From the NCBI GenBank assembly GCA_013265495.1, contig MU063738.1, positions 868,001 through 932,000 of the forward strand: a stretch of 64,000 bases of DNA, in the 5' to 3' direction. Below the pieces are notes generated by a model. It was given only the letters and a program-made list of their open reading frames with translations, ran no database searches and had not been told where the DNA came from. The number at the start of each line of letters is the position of its first letter. Within the stretch, counting starts at the first letter, position 1. Positions 12,680-23,943 of this stretch are shown in pieces. This DNA is from Vicugna vicugna (lineage: Eukaryota). The position numbers and the translations under genes are program-made.

Positions 12680-12830
12680 ACTGGTTCTAATCCTCACAGC
12701 AACCTCGCATCAGGCAGGCTGTATCATCCTCACAACAAGGAAAGGACAGGGAGGCTGAGGAGGCTGAGTGAGCTGCCCCAGGACCGGCAAGGCTGCAGCG
12801 GGAGCACCGTGGGAATCAGAGGCAGGTGGG
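12680..12830 (-). mobile_element. MIR fragment
   Basis: aatcctcacagcaacc...gaggctgagtgagctgcccc. Confidence 0.5.
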
Positions 12831-12934
12831 TAGGGCTCCGAGGCCCAGGGACAGACACCCCAGCCACCCTGCCCGATGCACGTGCAGCCACAGCCACACA
12901 CAGGCAGCACGTGCCCCAGGAATGCGTCTGCTGC

Positions 12935-13430
12935 TGAGGGCAGTATGGGGATTCCCTAAGAAACTGAAAATAGACTTACCCTGCGATCCAGCAGTCCCTC
13001 TCCTGGGCATATGTCCAGAGAAAACTCTAATTCAGAAAGACACCTGCACCCCAGTGTTCACAGAAGCACTATATAAAGTAGCCAAGACATGGAAGCAACC
13101 TAAATGTCCATCAACAGATGCCTGGATAAAGAAGCTGTGGTACATTTATACAATGGCATACTACTCAGCCATAAAAAAGAACAAAATAATGCCATTTGCA
13201 GTGACATGGCTGGACCTAGAAATCATAATACTAAGTGAAATCAGTCAGATAGAGAAAGAAAAATACCATATGATATCACTCATATGTGGAATCTAAAAAG
13301 TAAAAAGTACGCAAATGAACATATTCACAAAACAGAGACAGGCTCACAGATACAGAAAACAGACTTATGGTTCCCAGGGGCGGGGGAGGGGGTAAATTAG
13401 GAGTTTGGGATCTGCAGGTACTACTACTGC
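12935..13430 (+). mobile_element. Relatively young L1 fragment: ORF2 C-terminus plus the start of the 3'UTR
   Basis: Uninterrupted KKLKIDLPCDPAVPLLGI...KTWKQPKCPS...WYIYTMAYYSAIKKN...YHMISLICGI* (stop 13294-13296), then artiodactyl-type UTR gaaaacagacttatggttccc. Confidence 0.95.
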
Positions 13431-13659
13431 TGTGCCTGTCAGTCTGCAGACGAGGCAGGACCTGGGAGGACTCAGGAGGAGGCAGCAGCGAGTTGGGGGG
13501 GGGTTCAGGTCTGGGAAGCAGTGGACATGATGACTGAACGCCCCCCAGCCCCCGGGCCCATCCGCACTCCAACACACAAACCCCGCTCTTCCAAGAGGCC
13601 CTGGGTGGGGTCGTGGGTGCAGAGTGTAGTGCTGAGTGGGAAACTTGGTTCGCTGACAG

Positions 13660-13825
13660 CGTGACCTCAGGCGTACTCCACAACCTCTGTTTCCTCATCC
13701 GTGAAATGAGGCTGAGATGAAGACCTGCCTCTTGGAGCCACTCTGAGGATTAAGTTAGTTATAAACGTATGGCGCTTAGGACAGTGCCTGGCACCTGGTA
13801 AGGGCCCACCAAGTGTCGTCATCAC
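13660..13825 (+). mobile_element. MIR
   Basis: ctgtttcctcatccgtgaaatgagg...gcgcttaggacagtgcctggcac. Confidence 0.8.
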
Positions 13826-14669
13826 GACCACAAGGACAAAGGTGCCCAGGGACGGAGACTGAGCCGCCTGGTCCCCGGGAGCCTCCAGCAGAGCAGAGGA
13901 TCAGCGCCCGCCAGGCTGGGACCAGAGACAGGGCACCAACAGGAGGCACACCATCCATGCCGGCGGACAGGACGTCGCCCAGTGTCCACTGGTGGCAGGG
14001 CCAGGAAGCCAACAGGGCAGAACGTGGGGGAGGAAAGGGCAAAGGCTTCCGAGTCGGGAAGAGCCGCGTTCAAACCCCAGGTCTGCGGCTTGCTCTGTGA
14101 CTTTGGAGAAGTGACTCAAAGTCCCGGGGGGAGGGGAGGGGGCGGCTCCCCCAGGTCTGTGGTCCTCGCCTGCCCCGCCGCCCCAGGCGCTGCCTCAGGG
14201 GCCCTGGTGCTGACAGGACAGCTCCCCCGCGGGGGCATTAAGGGGGCCGTGACCCAAGTCGAGAATGCAGCAGGTCAGAGGCCCCTTTCAAAACGGTCAG
14301 ACTATTTTAACCACAACATCCACCGGATGGATGTGCTAAATGAAATAGAGAGAAAAAAGAGAAATAAATAAATACACAGAAAAGAGAATAAAAAGGGAAA
14401 AGTCTGCAGGGTGGGACTCCTGGGCACTGGTCCCAGGGGCCCATCGTGGGCTGTGGGAATTTGGGCCAAGCATCTGCTCTCCCTGGTGTGTAGAGAGGGT
14501 GGAAAACCTGCCTCGCAGGAAGAGGGCGAGGACAACGAAGAACTCCAGGGCTGAGGACAGACCCCGCCCCCAGGAAGGTCCTGGAGCCAGAGCCACCCCT
14601 CCTCACCCCGCCCCGTCTTCCCAACACCCCACCGCCACCCCCACCCCCACTGCAGGTCTAGCTCGTGGT

Positions 14670-14850
14670 CCTAAGCGAGTTACTTAACCCCCTTGGCCGG
14701 TTTCCTGATCTGTAAAATTGGGACCGTCACCATCATCACCCCCGTCTCACGGTGCTGTTGTGGAAGTCAAGGGAGTTCCTGTAAGACAGTCATTTAGTGC
14801 ATGGCCCATAGAAATCACCGAATAAAGGCTGGGCATTAGTGAGTCGAATA
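14670..14850 (+). mobile_element. MIR
   Basis: gagttacttaacc...tttcctgatctgtaaaattggg. Confidence 0.7.
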
Positions 14851-16569
14851 GATGGTTGGCACAGCGTCTGTGTCCCTCTCGCATCCTACCCAGACTTCCC
14901 GCCAGCACGTCTGTCACCCATTCCAGTCCAAATGACATAAGCACTGCCACCAGAATGTTTCCCTCTGACCTAAATGTCTGTGCTCTTGTTTGAGTTTCAA
15001 TGGGACAGCCAGTTCACATGGGGCTGGGGTCGGAGGGCACGCAGTTAGACATGGTTCCGAAGTAAAGCACAGGAGGGCTCCTTTCTCGGAGGCCCCTGTG
15101 ACGGTGAGGTGCCCCGGGGCGGGGCAGAGGACGGCTCAGGTGCGACCACTCACTGGGTGACAAAATGACCTTTGGGGCTGGACGGCACAGACAGATCCCT
15201 GCGCTGCAGGCACCTGGACCACGGGCAGGCTTCCCTACCCTGCCTGCCGCGTACGTTCCTCCGCCCGGGAAACCCTGACCAGCTCCTCCCACGGCCAATC
15301 CCAGCTTGGGCCCCTCACTTCTGCTCGGAGGCCCAGTCTGGACCCTGGAGGCGGAACCACCTCTGATGCCACTGAACTGCGCCATCCCTCAGACAAACCC
15401 CACAAACAGTGACCTTGCTCACTCACACCCACCCACAGACATACACAGATATATGCACATATGCTCCACCCACAAGTACCCCCACACTCATGTCCACTCT
15501 TGGTCAGATGTACACACACACCCCCCGGCCTCCGGCTCTGCCCCTGCCCCGTCACTTGCGTCCCTTCCCTGCGGCCCATTTGCCGTCCAGCCCAGAGGTG
15601 AGGATGCACTCTGTCCTCCATCCCTGTCCAGCCTGGGGCTCCCGATCTCCAGCAGGGCTCACAGGAGTTCCCTGGAAAAGTGGGTCCTGACCCCCGCTAT
15701 GTGCGCACAACTTCCTCCCCACCGTGTGGGCCCCCCGCTTGTTCAGCCCACGTGGGCTGCGGACGAGGAGGAAGGGCCGTGGAGCGTCCCTGCGGCGAGG
15801 AGGGAACTAGCGCCAAGCCACGGCGGGAGGACAGCAGGGCCGGGGCGCCCCCGGTCCGGTGCTCGCCCCACACCCCACGCCCCTCCTCCACGAAGGACCC
15901 AAGATGGGCGCCGTAGCGGGGTGGGTCCCAGGTGAAGGACAGGCCTCAGCAGCCGCTTGCTGTGTGTCTGTCTTGTCCAGCTCTAACCTCTGCCCATCTC
16001 TCAGGACAGAGAGGAAGGAGGGCCTGAGGTGTGGGTGGGCAGAGGGGCCGCGGTAGAAGGGGGCTGAGGCCAGCCCCCAGCCCCGCTCTTGGCCTGCAGA
16101 CCTAGACTTGGGCTCCAGCAGACCAGCGAGGGGCCATTCTGCTGCACCCGGTCCTCAGCAGAGACAGCGATCACCCCAGGCAGCGTGGGGAGGACAGGGC
16201 AGGCAGCCAGTGGCGGTGTCACTTCCATGGGCTCGGGCAGACCAGGCAGGGCACCGGCAGGAAGCAGAGGCGGCGGGTCTGCGGGCTGGGACTTGGCAGA
16301 GGACAGGGTGCGGGCTCAGCACACTCCGCACCCGCCTGGCTGGCTCCTGGCTCAGTGAGACTCGGACTGTCCCCAGCGAGCGGAGGGGGTTCATCAGTCT
16401 CCTCCCCAGGGCCCGGGGCTCTGCCTGCACCCTCAGGAACTCCTTCGGCCTTACAATCGCAGGATGGGCTTCTTTCAGGCCAGACGGCAACATGTTCTCA
16501 CAGTGGAAAACTGGGTCCAACTGTGATCACGTCAGGTGACGTTAAATCGGTGGGCTTCCCGGCACTTAC

Positions 16570-16724
16570 CGTGAGTGACGGAGCTGGTGCCGAGACCCCG
16601 CCGCGCTCAGGCCCCGCCCCCTCCCCGGGTCAGCTTCCAGGCGTCCCCAGACCTGGCTCTCTCGGAGCAACCTCACCTCTGCTTCCCAGAGCGTCCCCAC
16701 CCCGCGCCCATCCCGGAGTCCAGG
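16570..16724 (-). other. Candidate non-coding or alternative first exon
   Basis: Consensus donor ACG|GTAAGT and acceptor ttcctctgtcccgcctgtcag|C. CpG-rich, with a GC box near 16611-16620. Confidence 0.25.
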
Positions 16725-18859
16725 CTGACAGGCGGGACAGAGGAACAGCTCAAACAGCCTACACAGAAGAGGGGCTCGCAGCCCCCCAGCACCTCTCCCA
16801 GAATCTCTCGCCCGTCTCTCTGGGCTGGAAGTTCTTGCCAGCGTCTGACCTCCACTCTTCCTGCAGAGTCAGGTTGACTCCCTGGTCCTCCACTGGGAGG
16901 CTGCCTCTCTGGCCTCCGAGAGGGAAGCACATCTGGGCCCGGGAGGGCATCGTTCTGCGTGCAGCTGTGTCAGCTTTTCACTGATCTGATCACATAAATG
17001 GCTTCGCTGCCAGGATCCTGGGTTCCTTTCCAGTTAGCTAAGAACGATGATTTCATACTAATGAAAATCACTGATTCAAAACTGCCCACCAATCACAGGG
17101 GCTGGAGTTCTCCGTCACAAGTGCCTCCCAGGAAGCTGAGCTGGCCTGGGAAGCACATGGAGCACACGGAAGCCTCTCTGCTCCGGGCCCCCTGCCCCAG
17201 GGGCTCCCGGCAGAGGTGTGCCCCGCTGTAAGGCAGGTGAGAGCTTGCCGTTTCAGATCCCGAGGGTGTCAATGCCCAGGCCCCCGGGAGGAGCCCTGAG
17301 ACAGGCCAGATCGCACCCTGTCTCTCTCTCTGGCTCCTGTTTCTCCCTCCAGGCCAGTCGCTAGAGGTCTGGCTTCTAAGCAACAGCGGAGCCGCCAGGC
17401 AGCCCCGGGGCCCTGGAGCGACAAGTCGGGGAGAGCAGAAGTCAGTGGAGCCGGGGGCGGGCTGGGGCGGGGTGCTCAGGGCAGACAGGGAACCTGGAGC
17501 CATGTCGCCCCCAGGCAGCGAGCCAGACCACCCAGGCCCCACTTGCCCCGGTAGCTCCATCTTCCTCACACCCACTTCCTCCTTCCTCTCCCTCAGCTCC
17601 AAGGCCCCCTTGTTCTTCCAGGGGTGGCTTTTCCAGGAGGTGTCCCTCAACAAGCCCCCACACTATTGCCAGGCCCCGAAGTCCAGGATCACTGGGGTGG
17701 GGCAGGAGGGACGTGGGGGGCTCTTGACGGCTCTGGAAGCCCTTCACCCAGAGGCCCTGCCCCTTGCAGAGAGTGGGACACCGCCTCCTGGCATTGGAGG
17801 GGCTGGACTGCACACCCATCAGTGAGCCGGCCGGTGAGGGGCGATCAGGTGGCTTTGGGCTGCTTCCCCGAGCTGACCTCGGGGGCTGTGAAGGATGGAG
17901 ATGGGGAGAGGGGTGTGCGGGGCAGAGGGCGGCAGCCCAGGCGTCAGAACCCCCACCTGGACTCCAGTGCTAAGTGTCTCCCTGACTTGCTCAGTCTCTA
18001 GGCCTCAGTGTTACCGCCTGGAAAGTGGGGCAGGCAACTCGGGAGTGACAGCAGAGTCCAGTCCAGTGGCCACTCTCACGCCAGAGCAGCAGAGGGTCAT
18101 CGGTGGCCCGTGTGCAAAGTTGGGTTCTCCGTCCCACTGGCTCCACCGGCCTCCCTCCGAGCCCAGCTAACCCGTGCTGGGGCCCTGTCCCCCCAGTACC
18201 CGCCGCCATGCTGGGGCCACTCTTGTGGGAGGCACGCATGGGGGGTGGCCAGCCCTGGCTGCTGCCTGAGACCGGGTACCAGGCTGCAGGAAGAGCTGCC
18301 CTCCCCCAGCGGACCCTGATCTCAGAGGGTGGGTCCCAAGGCCCAGAGTTCGCCAGGGGGCTGACGGGCAAGCTTGTGGGAGACCCACGTCAACTGGGGG
18401 GGCCCGGGGGCAGCTGCCCCTGCCCTGCCCACCCCGGGGTCCCACTTGTTACTGTGTCGTTACAGCACAGGGGCTCTGGGCAGGGTCCCCTCCGCCCGGA
18501 AGACTCACTCAGGAATTGGACCAGAGCTGCCCAACCAGCGGAGATGACGCTCCCGGGCCACCCCAGGGCGACACGTGGGTGTTTGCACACCTAGACCCAA
18601 ACCCCTCAGCCACGCAGATCCCCACCTGCCCTGAGCGACAGCGTTAACTTCTGGTAACTTCTGTTCAGAGTCTGGTTCTGCTGTTTATAAACGCTGTGCA
18701 TTTGGAAAAGTGACGCGAGTGCTCCAAGTTTGGTTGTTTCATCTGAGAGACGAGGACGCCGGCATCGCTGAGTTGCTATAAAATGACATGAGACGAGGTG
18801 TGTCTCGGTCCAGCCGGACCTGCTCTGACAGAGCCTCCCAGATGGCTGGCGGTGTGCAA

Positions 18860-19125
18860 CCCACAGGGCGTGACTTCGCAGATTTCTGGGGGCTGGACGT
18901 TCAAGGCCACGGTGCCGGCAGACTCGGTGTCTGGCGAGAACCGGCGCCTGGCTCACAGACGGCGTCACCTCCGTGTCCGCACGTGGAGGACGGGGGAGGG
19001 AGCTCTTAGGGTCTCTTCTTGAGGGCACAGACCTCACTCACATCCCAGTCACACACCAAAGACCCCCACCCCCTCACCTTGGGGGTCAGGCTTTCAACAC
19101 AAGAGTTCTGTAGGGCATGGATACT
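18860..19125 (-). mobile_element. MaLR LTR (MLT1A/B-like)
   Basis: ggtgccggcagactcggtgtctggcgag...gggtctcttcttgagggcac...caccttgggggtcaggctttcaacac. Confidence 0.75.
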
Positions 19126-19189
19126 CCATCTAACGCAGTGCGGAAAATGCTTAGCATGGGAGCCTGTGAGACGTGCTAAATAAGGTTGT

Positions 19190-19470
19190 TCTTACAGTAA
19201 AAGTCACGTGCACATTAGAAAAAACTTGAAAAGAATCTACAAAAATATAAAGAAGAAAAAGTCGACCCCCACACACCTCCTGACCAGCACTCAGCCTTTT
19301 TAAGGGTTTTCATTTCTTCCGTTCACTCACACACATCATAAAACTGTGACTATGCTAGACATGCGTTTTATGTCTTTTCATTTACTACATACTAAGCATT
19401 TTTACTTTTCACTTAAAAATCTTCGGAAGCTTTTTCAACACCACCCTTGTTGACGGATGATGAACTATCA
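19190..19470 (-). mobile_element. Old L1 3' end (L1ME-like)
   Basis: AT-rich tract resembling the reverse complement of L1ME 3'UTRs. Confidence 0.45.
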
Positions 19471-21079
19471 CGTCAAGACAGCCTGCAAACCCCAGTCACC
19501 CCGCCCTCACCAGCCCTTTAGGTTGTTTCCAGCTTCCTGCCGCTTGGCATAAGCCCCACCCACTGAGCCTCAGGCGACCTCCGAGGGCTCCACCTTTGAA
19601 GGGGGATCGCAGGGTCCCAGGTGGGGAACCAGAGGCTCTCAGTCGCTCACTGCAGACTGCCCTTCCAGAAGCTGCACTCAGCGTGTTCCCCCTAACAGCG
19701 TCTGACCCCTGTGCTCTTCTCAGCAAACACCACCTCGCGGGGACGGGCCGTCTCGGCAGGGGGCCCGGGCCTCCTTTGGGCCACATGCGCCAAGAGCTTT
19801 AACGACCTTCTCGAGTAGTCAGGCCAGCAGGAAGCAAAGCTGGAGGCAGAAGTGTGTGGGGCAGCCCCGCGGTGGCGCACCCCCCCCACCCCCGACCCAC
19901 CTCCCACTGAGCCCAGAGAAGCCAAGTGGGCCGCCCCATCTGGGGCTTTAAGCTGGAGGCTGGAAGGGACTTCCCTTCTGGGGAGGGCACTAAATGCTGG
20001 CACTGCAGCCCGCCTAGTCCTGACGAGGGGTTTGGAAGGCAGGGGGTGCTGGGGGTCAGGCCACGGCAGCACGGCAGAGGCCCCAGGCCCTCAGACAGCC
20101 TGAAGCACATGCCAGAGGCGCAGTGCAGGGGGAATGGGACAGTGGGGCGGGGTTGCGGAGGTCCTCCAAGTGCCAGGCGCTGGGCTGGAGGGGTCTTCCA
20201 CACGCCATCCACCTTGCAGTGCCCCCTGGGGAGGAGGTTTTGCCTATGAACACCTTGCCTTCCTAAGGGTCCTGGCCCCTGGCTGGCCCCCAGCCACAGG
20301 TCCAGGGGGACCTGACGTCCTAGGTGGGCGGGAGCCCCTTACAGGCCCTCAAGGATTGTGGCTGGAAGAGCAGGGGCCCCCAGCCCGGACCCTGGGGTCC
20401 CAGTGTTTCCTCCCCTCCTTTCTCTACAAGCCTCCTCAGGCCTTCAGAACAGGAAGGCAAAGGGGAGGGAGGCGGCTGCAGGGAGACCAGCCATCCCTGG
20501 GGCTGGGCCGGCCTGGAGAGTCTCACCCGCTCACCCACCCACCACCCCGGGGCCAGAGCTGGTATGGTCTGAAGCCTTGTTTAGGCACCCCTGCCCCCAC
20601 CTTTCCTTGGCCTTAGCCAGTCCCTAAGTGCTCTTACTCCAGGCCTGGCCCTGTTCAGACCACCCCCCCATGTGCTCCTGAAAACCCCCTCCACGACATC
20701 ACTCAAGCAGCCACGGAAAAATCCACCCTCATCCAGCTGCCTTCAGGAAGTGCCCTGCAGAGCTGATCTCGGCCCACCCCACTATGTCTAAACAAGATGC
20801 CTGTCGCTCTCATCCTGGGCCCTCGAACGCATGTCCCCGAGGAGCCTCTCCATCCTTCGTGCAGACCACCAGCCTCGTGACTTGTCATCCCCCGGGCTTC
20901 AGCTCAGGCTATTTGTGACACCCCCTAGGGACCCTGAGAACAAGCAAAACCACCCGAATGTCCTGGAACACAGGGTCTCACCGCCTCCTCCTACCACCAT
21001 CTAACTTTTTTTTCCCTCTCTCTTTTGGCAATACTTGTCGTCAAGGAGATTCTAACACAATGGGGCAGGTAGGAAGCCT

Positions 21080-21092
21080 GTTGCTTGGCAAC
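21080..21092. promoter_or_regulatory. X-box-like site GTTGCTTGGCAAC
   Basis: Perfect GGCAAC half-site plus a near-perfect second half. Confidence 0.4.
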
Positions 21093-21499
21093 GAGATGCT
21101 GGAGGAACAGGATTGGCTGCTGAGGTCTGAAGGAGCCGCAAGGATGATGAGGGAAGGTGGGAGAGTCGAGAAAAGCCCTGGAGGGAGGACCAAGGCACAG
21201 GAGTAGCAGACAGGACTCGGTAAAAGAGGAAAAGCGGGAACATGCAGCGTGCCCGAGGCTGGGTCGCCCGGTGTGTTTGCCAGGATGCGCTCAGTGAAAA
21301 CAAGGCAAAATACACACACAGGAATGAATTTTCATAGCTGTGTTTACAATGCAGCAGGATGGATGGAGACTTAGATAAAAAGAAGGTCCTGAGTACCAGA
21401 GCACGGGAGCCCCACCCGGTGAACGAGCAGGGCTTGAGGGCGAAATGTGGGTGTGACGCTCCACTCTGCCCATTCCTTCAGGGGTGACACCCTCACATG

Positions 21500-21620
21500 A
21501 CAGCCCCTTGGCCTCAGTTTTCCCATCTGTAAAATGGAAACAGCAACATGCACCTCCCAGAGCTGCCGCGAGAGTACATGGGGTGAAGTGATGCGTGCCG
21601 ACCACATGGAGCGGGCGCTC
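21500..21620 (+). mobile_element. MIR
   Basis: ggcctcagttttcccatctgtaaaatgg core. Confidence 0.7.
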
Positions 21621-22845
21621 GGGAAGGGGCCCACCACGTGGTCACTGTGCTGGCCGTTGTCATCTTAGTCACTGTCACTGCGACCTGAATGGAAAGGCTG
21701 TGTGGGGGTGGTGCCCAGTGCCCTCCAGGCCCCCCTGTCTGACACCTGGGCAGATGCCAGCCTCTCCAGGTCTCAGCTCTCAGTGAAATGGGGAAAGACT
21801 CTCCCTCAGGGCGCCATCAGGAGGAGCAGATTCAGTGTGTCCTGAGCACACAGGGATGCCCTAAAGGTGAGGGCACCCCCTTCTACCTCTGCTCCTGGGT
21901 CTGCCCTCCAGGGCGGAGACCAAGGCCCTGGGCTGGGACCACTTCAGTCTTCCTTCAAGGGCGGGCTGGGCTCAGTGGTGCCAGATGCCCTTCCCAGCAC
22001 CCAAGTCGCATGTGAGACACACAGGAGACAGAGCAAAGGCACAAATTCCAGGCTGACTGCTAAGAAGTGAGTGTTGTCAGAACAATGGCTTCTGTCGCCA
22101 GAGGCAGGGTAGCCTCACAGCAGTTACCGGTGAGGACAGACGCCACAGCAAGGCAGTGGTCCCAGCCTGGGGCTCTGTCAGGACTGTCATACAAGTGTCC
22201 CCAAGTCACAGAGGAGGAGCTCAAGGGGCAGGGCCGGCTGGGCTGCCCTGGGCCGCTGCGGCCTTGGCACACGACGGGCTGCCTCCCAGGAAGGCACACC
22301 GGGAACTCCTCTGGGCCCACGACGTCCTGGGAACGATGCTCGATGTCTAGCCTAAACCCCTCCTGCTGTGATTTTTAGCTCACTCCTGCTGGTCCTGTCC
22401 TCAGAGAGCAATCCAACCGGCTGCGCACGGAGCTGTCTCAGCAGCTCTGAGTTTCACGCCAGGACCCGGGAGGCAGGCAGACCAGTGACTCACAGACGCT
22501 GAATTCAGCCGTCTCACTGTGTACAGCTCTTCCCAGCCCGAGCCTTCACACCCGAAATCCCTCTGTGGCTTTGAAGCTGACTTTTCCAGTCACCCCACAG
22601 GCATCAGAGGGAGCTGGGACCGATTCTGCCTGGCCTGAGCCAGGCTGGTGGGATGGGGCCGTGAGTGTGCGCCAGCAGCCTGGGGGATGGCAGGAGTGTG
22701 AGGAGAGGCCCCCACGTGGTCCTCCTGGGGCCCCTTTCTCCGGGACACAGTGGCCGGGGCTCAACCTTTGACTCGGGGTTTTCATTTCGGACCCTTGAAA
22801 GGTGGACGTTCGCAAGCCTCCCTCAGAGGGGGAGGGGGTGAGACC

Positions 22846-22996
22846 CACGTGATGAGCTCACGTCACCTTCAGGCGCCCCGGGGCGGGGCAGTCGGTACCG
22901 AGCTGGGCGGGGCCCAGGCGCTGGGAGGGCGTGGGGACCCCACTGCGGCTGCCAGGAGTGGTGGAGAGGGGTGTGGGCGGGGCCTCCCACTTCCGC
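22846..22996. promoter_or_regulatory. Promoter/enhancer-like motif cluster
   Basis: E-box CACGTG (22846-22851), TCACGTCA (22858-22865), GC boxes at 22880, 22905 and 22975, ETS CACTTCCGC (22988-22996). Confidence 0.4.
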
Positions 22997-23449
22997 TTCC
23001 CGCCGACCTGTCTTGAGTCTTGGCTCTCCGTGGGAGCTTGTTTAAAGAGCATGTTTCCCAGCTAAGGAACAGCTTGAAGCCCTCCTCCCTCCAGCTGAAC
23101 CACCCCTGGGGCTGGATGGGGATCAGTGACCAGCAGGGCGTTGCTTGGTCTTTCTCGGACCAGAAGCCAGGAGGGGAGCCCCCGGGGGGTCTGAGAGCTT
23201 GGAAGCAGGTTTACTGACTCACTGTTGCAGCGGCTCCAGGAGGGGGCAAACCTGGGGGACGGAGGAAACGACCCGACTCCAGGCAGGGGCTCCGTGGGAG
23301 CCGCAGGGCGCTTCTCTCAGGAAGGCCGGGCCCAGAGCTCTGCCTCAGGAGGGCTCTCCCGCCCGGACTGCGGGATCAGGCGCTGAAGCGGGGCAGCCTC
23401 ACTCTCAAGGTTCCTGGCCCGTCGTTGTCCACTTTTTGTCCCTCCCTCC

Positions 23450-23725
23450 ACCTTGAAAAGTAAGGTTTCTATTCCGAAGTCATCTTAGGTTCACAGAAAG
23501 GTTGCAGCGGGAGCCCCGGGCCCCCACTCGCCCCTCGTCCAGCTGCGCCCCTCGCCGGGGTTTTACACAACCGGGTACGCCTGTCAAGGCGAGGAACTTG
23601 ACCTCCGAGGCGCTCCGGCAACTGCAGGCTTCACCAGAGTCACCGGTTTCTCCAGCGATGTCCTCTGTCTGTTCCACGACCCCCACCGCAGTGAGCTTCC
23701 CTCATCTTCTAGAATCTAAGTTTCC
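23450..23725 (-). mobile_element. L1MB/MC-like 3' end
   Basis: ttaggttcacagaaaggttgca...atgtcctctgtctgttccacgacccc. Confidence 0.6.
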
Positions 23726-23795
23726 TTTTGCAAACTCCAGCCGGCCTGTACGAGCGCCGGGGTCAGGGAGGAGGCGTCTGGGCTGCTGTCACGCG

Positions 23796-23854
23796 GGGGC
23801 GGGGCGGGGCGGCTCTGGGAGGAACACGGGGCGGGGCTTGCGCAGGGCCCGCCC
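23796..23854. promoter_or_regulatory. Sp/KLF GC-box cluster in a CpG-rich patch
   Basis: (GGGGC)x3 at 23796-23810, GGGGCGGGG at 23828-23836, CCCGCCC at 23848-23854. Confidence 0.4.
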
Positions 23855-23858
23855 TCAC

Positions 23859-23943
23859 CTGAGGCGCTCCTTCCTGGAGACTTCCCTGCGCTGTGTGGAT
23901 GGTACTGAGGCTCTTAGGGGAGGCGGGGTCTCTGCCCCAAGAG
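23859..23943 (-). other. Candidate non-coding 5'UTR exon (85 nt, no ATG)
   Basis: Acceptor cccacctcactcctgcag|C and donor CAG|GTGAGG; same strand as the coding exons. Confidence 0.35.
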
